DNA of 64,000 nt from Candidatus Raskinella chloraquaticus. GTDB taxonomy: Bacteria; Pseudomonadota; Alphaproteobacteria; Rhizobiales; UBA4765. Every line of letters begins with the position of its first letter. The stretch's first letter is position 1. The position numbers and the translations under genes were made by a program. The DNA lies in contig DEZK01000007.1 of assembly GCA_002365175.1 (NCBI GenBank), positions 890-64,889 on the forward strand, read 5' to 3'. Below, in pieces: positions 19,078-28,790 of the stretch. Under the pieces are notes generated by a model, which was not told the DNA's origin, ran no database searches, and saw only the letters and a program-made list of their open reading frames with translations.

Positions 19078-19631
19078 CCGCGCTTTACCGCTCAGGCGTC
19101 TTGATTATCATAGCGTTTCTGCTCGCAGCGCTCACTCATGTCAGCGCGATCTTGCTGGTGCCGTCTCTCACCCCGATCGATAGCTGGACGAAACTTGCCA
19201 AGCTCGGCGATGTTGGAACATTCGCGCTCGTGACGACAACCGATGGTGTTTCGGATCTGGTGCCGCGCAATGACCCGATGACGATCATCGCCATCTGCCG
19301 CTATGATCTCGACGAAAGCGGGCCGGTGCGGATCAGCGGCAGGCTCAGCCTCCCCTATTGGGGATTTTTCGCTCATGACCGGCGCGGCATGGTCTATTAC
19401 GCGATCAACAATCGCGCATTCGGGGAACGACCGCTTTCGCTGCGCGTGATGACTGGCGATGATGTGGTGCGCTTTCGCGCTGATCTGCCGGAGGATGCCG
19501 AACAGGAATTGCTGGTCGCATCGCCTGATGCGCGCGGCTTTGTCCTCATTCGCGCCCTGGTGCCATTTCCCGGCTCACGGCTGCGCGTGGAGGCTGAGCT
19601 GAAACAGCTCGAATGCCGGTCAGGACAATAG
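19068..19631 (+). CDS. DUF1254-like membrane-anchored protein
   Basis: Overlaps the preceding gene by 10 nt and has an N-terminal TM helix. This is the usual partner of the DUF1214 gene in Rhizobiales, from memory. Confidence 0.6.
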   Translation: MSMTALYRSGVLIIIAFLLAALTHVSAILLVPSLTPIDSWTKLAKLGDVGTFALVTTTDGVSDLVPRNDPMTIIAICRYDLDESGPVRISGRLSLPYWGFFAHDRRGMVYYAINNRAFGERPLSLRVMTGDDVVRFRADLPEDAEQELLVASPDARGFVLIRALVPFPGSRLRVEAELKQLECRSGQ

Positions 19632-19638
19632 TCCGCGC

Positions 19639-20421
19639 CTATTTGGTGATCAGCGGCGGCAGACGTTTGCGCTCGCGGCGCTCGCCAGGGGCGGAGCGCT
19701 CATCCGAGGTTGCGCCAATGGCAGGAAGGCAGGCCGTAATTTCCCATGAGAGAGCATCAATCGCCGCTTCCGCCTCAACTGCCCGCGTCGACGGTGTTTC
19801 AACGATCAGGCGACCCAGCACGTAGCGATAGGCTTGATCGCGCAGGCCAAGTGCCTGGCAGACACTGCGGATGACACCGGTATTCTCGTCGACGCGCCGC
19901 TCGGCCGCCGCGCTCAATTCAGCGTCCGCATTCAGCGATCGGGCCGCCGCGATCCGCGCCCCGTCCGCCTTGCCAACCCTGGTGGCAATCAGGCGAAAGG
20001 CCGGCATGCGCTTGGCGTCGTATTGCGCCTGCTCGATGAGCCTTGCGTAGCGGGTTTCGTGCGAAGCGACGGGAAGCGTGAACAAGGCGGAATAATAGGC
20101 CTTGGGGTAATTTGCATACCAGCCATCGGGAAGGGCCCGCCACCAGGCGAACTGGTAAATGGCATTGCCGGGCACATCGCGGTCAGGCGGGCGCGCGAGA
20201 TCCCAACCGACATTGCGCAGTTCGCGCTCCTCATCGGTCATTGGCAAAGGAGAAGGGGGAACTTTTCCAGCCACAACCGAAAACGGGCCGGAGACATTGG
20301 TAATGGTCGAGGCAAAGATACCGCTATCGCGCCGTCCCAGATCGCCAACCGGCGCGGCACAGCCTGCCATGGTGAGCGCGGCGGCCAGCGCCGCACCTCG
20401 GTAGGCGCGCCTGCCGATCAC
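19639..20421 (-). CDS. Conserved hypothetical lipoprotein
   Basis: Signal peptide with lipobox ..AALTMAGC. Function unknown. Confidence 0.6.
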   Translation of the reverse strand: MIGRRAYRGAALAAALTMAGCAAPVGDLGRRDSGIFASTITNVSGPFSVVAGKVPPSPLPMTDEERELRNVGWDLARPPDRDVPGNAIYQFAWWRALPDGWYANYPKAYYSALFTLPVASHETRYARLIEQAQYDAKRMPAFRLIATRVGKADGARIAAARSLNADAELSAAAERRVDENTGVIRSVCQALGLRDQAYRYVLGRLIVETPSTRAVEAEAAIDALSWEITACLPAIGATSDERSAPGERRERKRLPPLITK

Positions 20422-20618
20422 GACACGTTGCGGCGGCGGCGACGGGAGGGCGTCTTGCCGCGGCCAGCGAGCCTCTTTGATGCCGGCAAAGCATGGTCAT
20501 CCTGATGGCGCTCATAGCGCACACCAAGGAACAGCAAAATACGCGCCGGTCCCGCCGCAACCGTTCGCGGCTGACGTCTGATTGCTCGCCATCGTTCCAG
20601 ATCAATGATCTCAGCCAT
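20418..20618 (-). CDS. Small hypothetical protein, translationally coupled to the lipoprotein gene
   Basis: MAEIIDLERWRAIRR..ILLFLGVRYERH.. A 4-nt overlap with the downstream gene supports it as real. The track start at 20642 is a GTG. Confidence 0.4.
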   Translation of the reverse strand: MAEIIDLERWRAIRRQPRTVAAGPARILLFLGVRYERHQDDHALPASKRLAGRGKTPSRRRRRNVS

Positions 20619-20772
20619 CGAGATATCCCCACTCTCACCCACGAATCACTGCCACTGCGGCACAGAATTGGTCCCGCGCCTTCATTAACAATTGACCTGG
20701 GTTAAGACTTCGCTAACGGCTCATGGTCAAAGTGAGAGAAATTTTTTACCACATCAGCCGCCAGAGGTTCCC

Positions 20773-21816
20773 ATGACCGCGTTACCGCCAGCTCCCGAAC
20801 GCCGTGATGACAGCCTGATTGCGAGCGAAAGAGCGCTGTCGATTGTCTTTGGGCTGGTGGACATGTTTGTCAGGGGCGAAGGCCGCCATCGCGCCAATGA
20901 GCTGGCGCAATTCGAAGCATTAATGTTGCATTTTCTTACCAAGATCGACCCGTTTTCGCGAGCCGTCGTTGCCCAGAAGCTGGCACCCTGCGCCTCTTTG
21001 CCGACAAGCATTCTCGAACTGCTTGCCTTCGACAGGGATGAAGTGGCCGAACCCATTCTGATGTCCGCGCCCCTGCTGCCACCACAAGTTATCGAGGCGA
21101 TCTTGCAAACCGGGAGCGCAGCCCTGCGGGCGTGCCTCGAGAGGCGCCATACACAAACGGAAACGAAAACCACTGCGGCGCGCGCCTTGTCCGAACCATC
21201 CGTGCCGATGGCTGAAGCGTCCTCGCCTGCGATCACACAAGAGCCGGAGGCGAAACGTCCAACCCATGGTGGTCTTGCCTCGTCGTCGCAGGCCTTTTTT
21301 GATGCCTCACCGATCGACAGGCAGGCAACGCTGCAGCATCTGAGCGAAGTAAGTGAAGGCGAAGTACCCGCGCCGATCAGCCGAGATAAGCTTGAGACGC
21401 TGCTGCGGTTGCTCACGTTGCGCGATCATGACGGGGTGGCGCAGATCCTTACCGACGTTCTGTTGCTCCCGCTCCCCCTCACCCGGCGAATGATCGATGA
21501 TCCGCACGGCGAAGCGCTCGTCATTGCTGGCCGTGTGATGGGTCTTGAGGAAGCGCAATTCCTGCGCCTGGTGCTGCTGGCAAATCCGCAGGTTGGCCGG
21601 GTCGTCGATCGCGTCTATCGCCTGCGCGCCCTTTACCGGCAGGTCAGCCCACAGGCAGCCGTCAAACTGGTCACGATCTGGCGGGGTTCAAAATCCGGCC
21701 AGCCACGCTTTGTCGCTTTCGACAATCGCCGCGGGACAAGCATCCGACAAGCCCAATCGACTCCGGCAGCGACCAACGAGCTCGGCGCGTTCAATCGATT
21801 GTCAGGACGTCAGTAA
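20773..21816 (+). CDS. DUF2336 domain protein
   Basis: Contains ..FLTKIDPFSRAVVAQKLAPCASLPTSILELLAFDRDEVAEPILMSAPLL.. The ATG at 20773 is preferred over the TTG at 20692. Confidence 0.72.
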   Translation: MTALPPAPERRDDSLIASERALSIVFGLVDMFVRGEGRHRANELAQFEALMLHFLTKIDPFSRAVVAQKLAPCASLPTSILELLAFDRDEVAEPILMSAPLLPPQVIEAILQTGSAALRACLERRHTQTETKTTAARALSEPSVPMAEASSPAITQEPEAKRPTHGGLASSSQAFFDASPIDRQATLQHLSEVSEGEVPAPISRDKLETLLRLLTLRDHDGVAQILTDVLLLPLPLTRRMIDDPHGEALVIAGRVMGLEEAQFLRLVLLANPQVGRVVDRVYRLRALYRQVSPQAAVKLVTIWRGSKSGQPRFVAFDNRRGTSIRQAQSTPAATNELGAFNRLSGRQ

Positions 21817-22149
21817 ATCGCCGAGAAAGTGACGTCCGTCACGATCTTCCACTCCGACGATCCAGATATCACTGTCGAAACCGATTTCTCGAGTGAGGCG
21901 CTCATCCACATCGGAGGCGGGCATTGCCGCGCCGCTCCACAGCGGTGACCACCGCCGCTCACCTGAACCCTCGTCATATGCTGATTGTGGCGCCGGCACG
22001 AAAAGGAGGCTCAGCCGATCCGCGCGGTCCACCCGGATGAAGATCGAACCTGCTTCAATGGCTCCCTTGCGGGCAACGACAGCAAACCCTCCTGCTGCCG
22101 CGACACGACGCAGATAGGCATGCACCCATAGTTCGGACGTAACGCGCAT
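21802..22149 (-). CDS. DUF1491 family protein
   Basis: MRVTSELWVHAYLRRVAAAGGFAVVARKGAIEAGSIFIRVD.. Confidence 0.8.
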   Translation of the reverse strand: MRVTSELWVHAYLRRVAAAGGFAVVARKGAIEAGSIFIRVDRADRLSLLFVPAPQSAYDEGSGERRWSPLWSGAAMPASDVDERLTREIGFDSDIWIVGVEDRDGRHFLGDLLTS

Positions 22150-22191
22150 CAGCTCGTATAAAGGTTCCTGTTCAGCCCGTCACAAGCGCGA

Positions 22192-23043
22192 TCAGCGCAG
22201 AGGGCCGCCGATTTTGGACAGTTCCCGCAACAGCGGTTGATCGATATCGCCGCTCACCTTGATTGCGCGATCACGCTGGAATTTCTCAACCGCCGTCCGG
22301 GTGTCTTGCGACATCTTGCCGTTGACGCGGCCCTGGTAATAGGCCATGTCGCCAAGGCGCTTCTGGACTGCTGTAATTGTCGGCGCATCGATACGTGTAT
22401 CCAAAGTCGACTGCGTTGGCACGCGTGGCTCGCGCTGCAGCCGCTGCAACAGGGCCGGGGTCGCTTTTCCGGTGACAGGCAAGCCCGCGCGCTGCTGATA
22501 ATCGCGGATCGCCGCCTCGGTCCGCACGCCGATGACACCATCGATTGCCCCGCCATACATCCCGATGCGCGCAAGCTCTGACTGAACGGCGGAATAGCGG
22601 GACCGCACGTCGCTCGTCTTTTCTGCCGCCGCCGACACGGGGTGCCGCCCTGCGGGATCAAGCCCCGCGAGCGCATTGATGACATCGTCGATATCGCCTT
22701 CCCTGACCTGTGTTGCGGGGCGCGCTTTCTGGCTTTCAACGCCAGCGAAGAGAGGGCGTGGATGGGCTTTTCCCTGCGACAGAAAATTACTGCCCGCGAC
22801 GATGCCGGCCCAGCCGAATGCCAGCATGAATATGCTTGCCAGCTTGTGGCTGAGAGCAAGACGGGCACCTTCCCTTGCCAGGCGCCAACAGATGGCGGCT
22901 CCGCCAGCGATGATATCCATCGCAGCGCGCCGCCTGGGCGGAGCCGGCAGGCGTGGCGATTTTCGCGGCAGGGCGATGATCGGCTGGTCGAGGACGAACT
23001 CGAAATCACGCAACTGACTGTCTCCTCGTCGATTGCTCACCAT
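22192..23043 (-). CDS. Peptidoglycan-binding domain protein (two PG_binding_1-like repeats)
   Basis: The C-terminal half has repeated ..IRDYQQRAGLPVTGKATPALLQRL.. and ..VEKFQRDRAIKVSGDIDQPLLREL.. The start is uncertain (23043 or 22920). Confidence 0.7.
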   Translation of the reverse strand: MVSNRRGDSQLRDFEFVLDQPIIALPRKSPRLPAPPRRRAAMDIIAGGAAICWRLAREGARLALSHKLASIFMLAFGWAGIVAGSNFLSQGKAHPRPLFAGVESQKARPATQVREGDIDDVINALAGLDPAGRHPVSAAAEKTSDVRSRYSAVQSELARIGMYGGAIDGVIGVRTEAAIRDYQQRAGLPVTGKATPALLQRLQREPRVPTQSTLDTRIDAPTITAVQKRLGDMAYYQGRVNGKMSQDTRTAVEKFQRDRAIKVSGDIDQPLLRELSKIGGPLR

Positions 23044-24808
23044 CATCCTTGGGCGAGGTTGGCTGCAAGCGTCTGATCGTTGACCCTGAGGCATCCGCAT
23101 CAATCGGCAACCGCACGGTTACGCTTGTGCCAACGCCCAGTTTCGATCGGATATTGAGCGAACCGCCGTGAAGTTCGGCTAGACCTTTGACAACCGACAA
23201 TCCCAGACCGGTTCCCTCATAGCGACGATCATAGCTTGATTGCGCTTGCACAAAGGGGGTTGCCAGCGTCGGCAGATCCCGCTCATGAATGCCGACGCCT
23301 GTGTCGCGCACGGTAAGGAACGCGTTTCGCGCATCGAATGCCAGCGTGACCGAAACGTCGCCGCTTTTATCCGTGAACTTGAGCGCGTTCGACAGGAGGT
23401 TGAGCAGGATCTGCTTGCAGGCACGAGGATCAGCGACGAGCTCCCTGCCTGCAAGCGGCACGTCGCAGGTCAGTTTCACGTCGGCCTTCTCGGCCATGGG
23501 TGCCATCATGGCGACCGTTCGTTTCACCAGAGCCCCGACATCGAACGGCTCAGGGGTGATGGTGAATGACCCCGCTTCAAGCTTTGACATATCAAGAATA
23601 CCGTTCACGACGTCGAGCAGATGACGCCCGGATTCATTGATCAGAACCGCATATTCGACAACGCGCTCAGGTGGCAGTTTGATGGGCATTTCCATCGACA
23701 GCATCTCGGAGAAGCCGATAATGGCATTCAGCGGCGTGCGCAGCTCATGACTGATGTTGGCGAGAAAGCGTGTCTTGGCATCACTCGCCTTCTCGGTCAG
23801 CTCGTTGGCCAGACGCAAGGCTTCCTGCTGGCGGCGATGAGCCTCGATGTCGCGCGTCACGGCAACAAGCTCGACCGCGTCATCGGCGGCATTTTCGTTG
23901 AAACGCCGACAACGCATTTCAACCCAGCGCCATTGTGGCACGGCCTCGTCCATGATCGTCTTGCGGATCCGGAACTCGACAGTGGCAGTCGTTCCGAGTT
24001 CAGCGGCATCGGCAAAAACCGTCAGATAGGCCGGGCGATCGCCGACATGGACGAGGGAGAAAAGACCGTTATCAAGCAAGTCTGATGACGCGATCCCGAA
24101 GAGGTCGCGCGCTGCCGGCGAGGCGAACAGCACGTTACCCGAGCGGGTATGGCGCGTGATAAGATCGGTCGCGTTGTCGGCCAAAAGCCGGTAGCGCGCG
24201 TCTTCCTCGCTCTGCATTTTGGCCGCCTGGCGATTGGCGCTATCCAGACCCGCCGCAACCGTTACCGCGTAGACGATACAAATGATGGCGGAGTTAGCCA
24301 GCGCGATGGTCCACAAAAGCGTCGGCGAGGAAATCACCGGAGGCACGCCCCAAACTTGCCCGACAGCGACGATCGCCAAAGCCATGATGACGTGAACGGC
24401 CGCGCTCAGCAGCGAATTGCGCCGGCCGGTCGACGCGGCATACAGCAGCACGGGAATAAACCAGCAGACGACGCTCGATGCCAGACCACCGCACATCCAT
24501 ACGGCAACGGCCACCAGCGTGGTGAAATTGGCAACGGAAAACGCTTCGGCCCGCTCCAGCCGCCCGCCACGGGACAATCCAACCGACAGCAGCAAGGGCG
24601 TCGCGAGCCAGGCGAAGGCAACGGCTTCACTGGAAGAGGGAGCACCTACAATTGCAAGATATAAGGGAATTGCCAGAATGCCGATCAATCCACCGCTTAA
24701 ATGGGCGGTCAAAAAGGCACGATGGCGGAAATACGAGACAGCATCGCTGGCGCTTTCGTGCACCAGATGATCCAGGACAGAACCGATGGGCATCAAAGCC
24801 TTCAACAC
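23006..24808 (-). CDS. Membrane sensor histidine kinase with PAS domain
   Basis: Multi-TM N-terminus, a PAS-like region, the H-box FLANISHELRTPLNAIIGFSEML, and HATPase_c motifs (..DTGVGI.., ..GTGLGLS..). Confidence 0.9.
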   Translation of the reverse strand: MLKALMPIGSVLDHLVHESASDAVSYFRHRAFLTAHLSGGLIGILAIPLYLAIVGAPSSSEAVAFAWLATPLLLSVGLSRGGRLERAEAFSVANFTTLVAVAVWMCGGLASSVVCWFIPVLLYAASTGRRNSLLSAAVHVIMALAIVAVGQVWGVPPVISSPTLLWTIALANSAIICIVYAVTVAAGLDSANRQAAKMQSEEDARYRLLADNATDLITRHTRSGNVLFASPAARDLFGIASSDLLDNGLFSLVHVGDRPAYLTVFADAAELGTTATVEFRIRKTIMDEAVPQWRWVEMRCRRFNENAADDAVELVAVTRDIEAHRRQQEALRLANELTEKASDAKTRFLANISHELRTPLNAIIGFSEMLSMEMPIKLPPERVVEYAVLINESGRHLLDVVNGILDMSKLEAGSFTITPEPFDVGALVKRTVAMMAPMAEKADVKLTCDVPLAGRELVADPRACKQILLNLLSNALKFTDKSGDVSVTLAFDARNAFLTVRDTGVGIHERDLPTLATPFVQAQSSYDRRYEGTGLGLSVVKGLAELHGGSLNIRSKLGVGTSVTVRLPIDADASGSTIRRLQPTSPKDDGEQSTRRQSVA

Positions 24809-25113
24809 TCACACGCCTCCGCCAGCTCAAGGGCCGACTGTGATTGATCGTGGGCAATCCTCGCGGAGTTCCTTTAAGAGACACCTAAAAGTTTCGCGAT
24901 GGCCACCCGACGGCGTCGAGAACTCTTGGACGTGCTCAACATTTCGTAAAAAGCCGCAGAACGGGAAGAGAAATGCCCGATCGATAAAATTTTAGAAAAT
25001 TGCGACACCGCAGCGAAATCTCTGCCTGCTAATCGTTGCTCAGACGAGCCAGGAAAAAGGTTCGCATATACAACTGACATGAACGTCAAAACTGTCGAAA
25101 CGGGGCAAGCACC

Positions 25114-25527
25114 ATGGGTTTTTTAATTAAAGCGGCCTTCTGGCTATCCGTTGTTGTGGTTCTTCTGCCAGCGCCTGAAGGCAGCGAGGGCGGCACCCGT
25201 ATGATCGGCACCACCGAGGCCGTCAGCCTCCTATCGGCAGCGCTGAATGATGCGCGTGGCTTTTGCCAGCGCAATCCAGAGGCATGCGTCACCGGCACGC
25301 AGGCCGCCCAAACATTCGGCCAGAAGGCACAATATGCGAGCCGCCTGCTTCATGATTTCATTTCTGATCGTGTCGATACCGGCGTGACCAGCGCTTCAAC
25401 ACCGACGCCGTCGGCTCATTCCAAAGGTCGCGCACCCGGCGGCAGCATCGATACGCTCTCGCCCGCCGATCTCGAGCCGACCTGGCGCTCGCCTGACATT
25501 CGCCAGGCGAGCCTCAAGCGGAGCTGA
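25114..25527 (+). CDS. DUF5330-like small secreted/membrane protein
   Basis: MGFLIKAAFWLSVVVVLLPAPEG.. is the typical N-terminus. Confidence 0.65.
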   Translation: MGFLIKAAFWLSVVVVLLPAPEGSEGGTRMIGTTEAVSLLSAALNDARGFCQRNPEACVTGTQAAQTFGQKAQYASRLLHDFISDRVDTGVTSASTPTPSAHSKGRAPGGSIDTLSPADLEPTWRSPDIRQASLKRS

Positions 25528-25591
25528 GAGAGCCAGCGAAGCGGAGACCGGCAATTTCCAGCCGGAAGGCAGTCTGCTATGGTCTGTCGTC

Positions 25592-26017
25592 ATGAACACC
25601 AGTTTTGCAGATATCAAGGAAACGCTCGCACTCATTGATGATTGGGAAGAGCGGTACCGTTTCATTATCGACCTTGGCCGTGAACTTCCCCCGCTTCCCG
25701 AGGATCGGCGGACAGATGCCTACAAGGTGCGTGGCTGCGCCAGCCAGGTGTGGCTTGTCCCAGAATGGCGCTCGAGCAGCGAGGGCCCGCGTTTTTCCTA
25801 CCAGGGTGATAGCGATGCGCATATCGTGCGCGGGCTGGTGGCGATTGTGCTTGCGCTTTATGACGGTCGCACCCGCGAGGCGGTTCTCCACGTTGATGCG
25901 AAGGCGGAATTTGATGACCTGGGATTATCCCAACACCTGACCGCGCAACGTGCCAACGGTCTGTTCTCGATGGTGGAGCGCATCAAGGCTGATGCGCAGG
26001 CTGCGCTGGCAGTTTGA
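25592..26017 (+). CDS. sufE: SufE family cysteine desulfuration protein
   Basis: Contains ..DWEERYRFIIDLGRELPPLPEDRRTDAYKVRGCASQVWLV.. Confidence 0.9.
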   Translation: MNTSFADIKETLALIDDWEERYRFIIDLGRELPPLPEDRRTDAYKVRGCASQVWLVPEWRSSSEGPRFSYQGDSDAHIVRGLVAIVLALYDGRTREAVLHVDAKAEFDDLGLSQHLTAQRANGLFSMVERIKADAQAALAV

Positions 26018-26018
26018 G

Positions 26019-27440
26019 ATGATGTCGCCAGGTGATCATCTGCACGCATTGTGGACGGGGCTTGGCGGCGATGGCGCAGCGCTCGCAGGAATTCAACTCA
26101 GCGGAGCGGATCCGGTCTTGCCATCGTCGTTTCGTGTCGGCATGGCGGCCCAATTGTCGATTGTCGCTGCAGCCACCGCTGCGCGCGAACTGGGGCGGCG
26201 GCGGCTCGGTATTCATCAGGAACTGAGCGTTGATGCGCTTGCCGCAGCGATCGAATGCCGCAGCGAGCGATTGCTGCGTATCAACGGCAAACAGCCCAGC
26301 GAATTATGGGACGCCATTGCCGGCATCTATCCCTGCCGACACGGGCGCCATGTCCGCCTTCATACCAACTTCGCCCATCATCGCGCCGGCATCATCCGGT
26401 TGCTGGGTTGCCGGGACACCAAGTCCGCTGTTGCCGAAGCTCTTGTCGATTGGGAGGGTGAAGCCTTCGAGAGTGCCGCCACCGCCGCAGGAATGGTTGT
26501 GTCCTATGTACGCACGTTCGAGGAATGGGATCGCCACCCACAGCGTGCAGCCATTGCCGCGCAGCCCCTGGTTCATTTGACAAAGATCGGCGAAGCGCCA
26601 GGACCACGATCAGTCAGCGGGGAGCGGCCCATCGACGATCTGCGTGTTCTCGAAATGACCCGTATCATCGCCGCCCCCGTCGCCGGCCGCGTTCTGGCAG
26701 CCCATGGCGCTGATGTCTTACGGGTGATTGCGCCCGAGCTCCCGACCATCGAAGCGCTTGATATCGACAGCGGCCGCGGCAAGCGCTCGGCCTTCCTGAA
26801 TATCGCGCAGCCAGCCGACACGACAACTTTTACCACACTGTTGCAGAAGGCCGACATATTCCTGCAAAGCTATCGTCCAGGCATCTTGGAGCGCCTTGGC
26901 TACGGCGCGGACCACCTCGCAAGCCTGCGACCCGGCCTGATCATCGCGCGGTTGTCAGCCTATGGCCGCCAGGGGCCATGGGCCGGAAAGCGCGGCTTCG
27001 ATAGCCTCGTCCAGGCGGCAACGGGTTTCAATCTCGCTGAAGCAAATGCCGCTGGCGAACAGGCGCCGCGGCCGCTGCCCATGCAGATCCTCGATCACGC
27101 CTCAGGATATCTGCTCGCCTTCGGCGCGCTGATGGCGCGCTTGCGCCAGCTTGATGAAGGGGGCACGTGGCAGGTTGACGTGTCATTGGCGCGCACCGGC
27201 AATTGGCTGCGTGATCTCGGGCAGATTGATGACGGCTTTGCGGCGCCAGAGCCCTCTGACGCAGTGTTGGCAACATTGTGCGATCAAGCCCCGTCTGGCT
27301 ACGGCATGCTGACATTTCCCCGGCATGCCGCCAGGCTCACTCACACGCCGGCGCGATGGGTGCGACCATCGGTCCCGTTTGGTAGCAATCAGCCGCACTG
27401 GGTCAGTGCGGATGAGACGCCCGATCGCGCCAGGCTTTGA
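26019..27440 (+). CDS. Family III CoA-transferase (CaiB/BaiF-like)
   Basis: Contains ..LRVLEMTRIIAAPVAGRVLAAHGADVLRV.. and ..GFDSLVQAATGF.. The start was taken as the ATG just after the sufE stop. Confidence 0.85.
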   Translation: MMSPGDHLHALWTGLGGDGAALAGIQLSGADPVLPSSFRVGMAAQLSIVAAATAARELGRRRLGIHQELSVDALAAAIECRSERLLRINGKQPSELWDAIAGIYPCRHGRHVRLHTNFAHHRAGIIRLLGCRDTKSAVAEALVDWEGEAFESAATAAGMVVSYVRTFEEWDRHPQRAAIAAQPLVHLTKIGEAPGPRSVSGERPIDDLRVLEMTRIIAAPVAGRVLAAHGADVLRVIAPELPTIEALDIDSGRGKRSAFLNIAQPADTTTFTTLLQKADIFLQSYRPGILERLGYGADHLASLRPGLIIARLSAYGRQGPWAGKRGFDSLVQAATGFNLAEANAAGEQAPRPLPMQILDHASGYLLAFGALMARLRQLDEGGTWQVDVSLARTGNWLRDLGQIDDGFAAPEPSDAVLATLCDQAPSGYGMLTFPRHAARLTHTPARWVRPSVPFGSNQPHWVSADETPDRARL

Positions 27441-28224
27441 TACGCCCGCCGGCTGTGGTTGCTGGAACCATGCGCATGCCATAATGGTCAGCAAGGCGCG
27501 TTAAAGCCAAACCAAGAACGATGCGTCCACTGCGCGCCGGCCAACTCCTTTCGCGCTCGACTGTTTCCATCGGTTTCAGAAAACAACAGATATCGAGAAG
27601 AATGCCGGACAGCTCCGGGCCGACAGCCGCAAGGGCGCGGTTGCTGCGCTCGCGCGCGGCGATGGTGGCATCGGTGAACGCTCCCGCGTCCGCACCCCGG
27701 CGACCGCTGGCGACGGATGCATCCCAATTTGCGGTGGTCCGTGCCATCAACTGGCCGCGCGTGACATCGGCGCGCAGTTTTTCTCCCGCCGCGAACTGCA
27801 TGTCATCGATCAACGGACTGCCATCCTTGTTGCGTCGCGATCGCAACCATGACAACGGGCTTTCGGCTGCATCACGCCACAAGCGATGCGTTACACGGTT
27901 TTCATCCTCGACCGCCTCACGCCGCATCTCGCCATGCTGCGCGCGAAAGCCAAGATCGCTTTGCTCGTGGCGCGCCAGCCATGCAGCGCCGACGGTCGTC
28001 AGGACATGGAGCGGCGCGACGTCGACAGCGATCAGATCGCGCTCGAGAAGATCAACCGCCAGCTCGCGTGGCAGCGACATCATCGCCTCTCCGGCGACAG
28101 ATATCAGGACGGCCTTGTCACTATCTTCCAGGACAAGGCCTTTGGCCGAACCCTTGTGCAGAAGTTTGAGAATAGCGGCCTGGCGCCGCACTGCCCGGGT
28201 GACAGGGGAAATGAGCATGATCAT
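27403..28224 (-). CDS. DUF6456 domain protein (GafZ-like, corresponding to the C-terminal half of GafA)
   Basis: Contains ..ESPLSWLRSRRNKDGSPLIDDMQFAAGEKLRADV..GPELSGILLDICCFLKPMETVERERSWPARSGRIVL..LADHYGM. It has an ATGA overlap with the upstream HTH gene. Its 3' end overlaps the convergent CoA-transferase gene by 38 nt. Confidence 0.6.
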   Translation of the reverse strand: MIMLISPVTRAVRRQAAILKLLHKGSAKGLVLEDSDKAVLISVAGEAMMSLPRELAVDLLERDLIAVDVAPLHVLTTVGAAWLARHEQSDLGFRAQHGEMRREAVEDENRVTHRLWRDAAESPLSWLRSRRNKDGSPLIDDMQFAAGEKLRADVTRGQLMARTTANWDASVASGRRGADAGAFTDATIAARERSNRALAAVGPELSGILLDICCFLKPMETVERERSWPARSGRIVLGLALTRLADHYGMRMVPATTAGGRIKAWRDRASHPH

Positions 28225-28583
28225 ATCCCTCCCCGCTCGCATTTCAGGCTTTCCTCAAGACGGGCCAGAAATTGATCAAAGGCTGGATCATCACGCCCAT
28301 CTTCAATGACGCGCAGCGCCAGCTTCACGCTGGACCGATCACGATCCAGCACAAGCGCTATCTGGGCAGGGCTCAGACCGAGCGCGACATGAGCAAGATA
28401 CATCACGATCTGGCGGACACGCACCACGCTGGGCGAGCCGCGCCGGTATTTGCTCACCGCGTCCGCATTGACTGCAAAGATAGTTGCTATTCGCCCGATA
28501 AGGCCAGACAGCCTCAGGCTTTGTGAACGCGGCCATCCAGGCGCCATCTCGTGCTCCCGCGACGCACAATTCATCTGCTCCAT
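28221..28583 (-). CDS. DnaA domain-IV-like HTH protein (GafY-like, corresponding to the N-terminal half of GafA)
   Basis: Contains ..RRGSPSVVRVRQIVMYLAHVALGLSPAQIALVLDRDRSSVKLALRVIEDGRDD.., which parallels the DnaA C-terminal DNA-binding domain. A strong RBS, GGGAGGA, precedes the ATG. Confidence 0.65.
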   Translation of the reverse strand: MEQMNCASREHEMAPGWPRSQSLRLSGLIGRIATIFAVNADAVSKYRRGSPSVVRVRQIVMYLAHVALGLSPAQIALVLDRDRSSVKLALRVIEDGRDDPAFDQFLARLEESLKCERGGI

Positions 28584-28790
28584 TCCATCCTCCCGTACTA
28601 GGAATATAACCCTATCAAGAGTAAGGCGTGTTTACGGCACGGGAAGAGCGAAGACGTTTTCTTTTTATCTTCAAAATCTGTATCGTTTCCATGCCTTTGA
28701 TTTATATATATCTTTTGTGCACAATCTTTTTATGAACGGGGAGGAAAGCGAATATAAAATCAGTGTTAGGAATTGTTTCATAATGTGGAT

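Noticed and set aside
24809-25113. A possible Irr ICE-like half-site TTTAGAA (about 24991-24997), and small ORFs in the intergenic region between the histidine kinase and the DUF5330 gene.
   Set aside because: Only one half of the ICE dyad is present. The 69-71-aa ORFs have no RBS or recognisable features.
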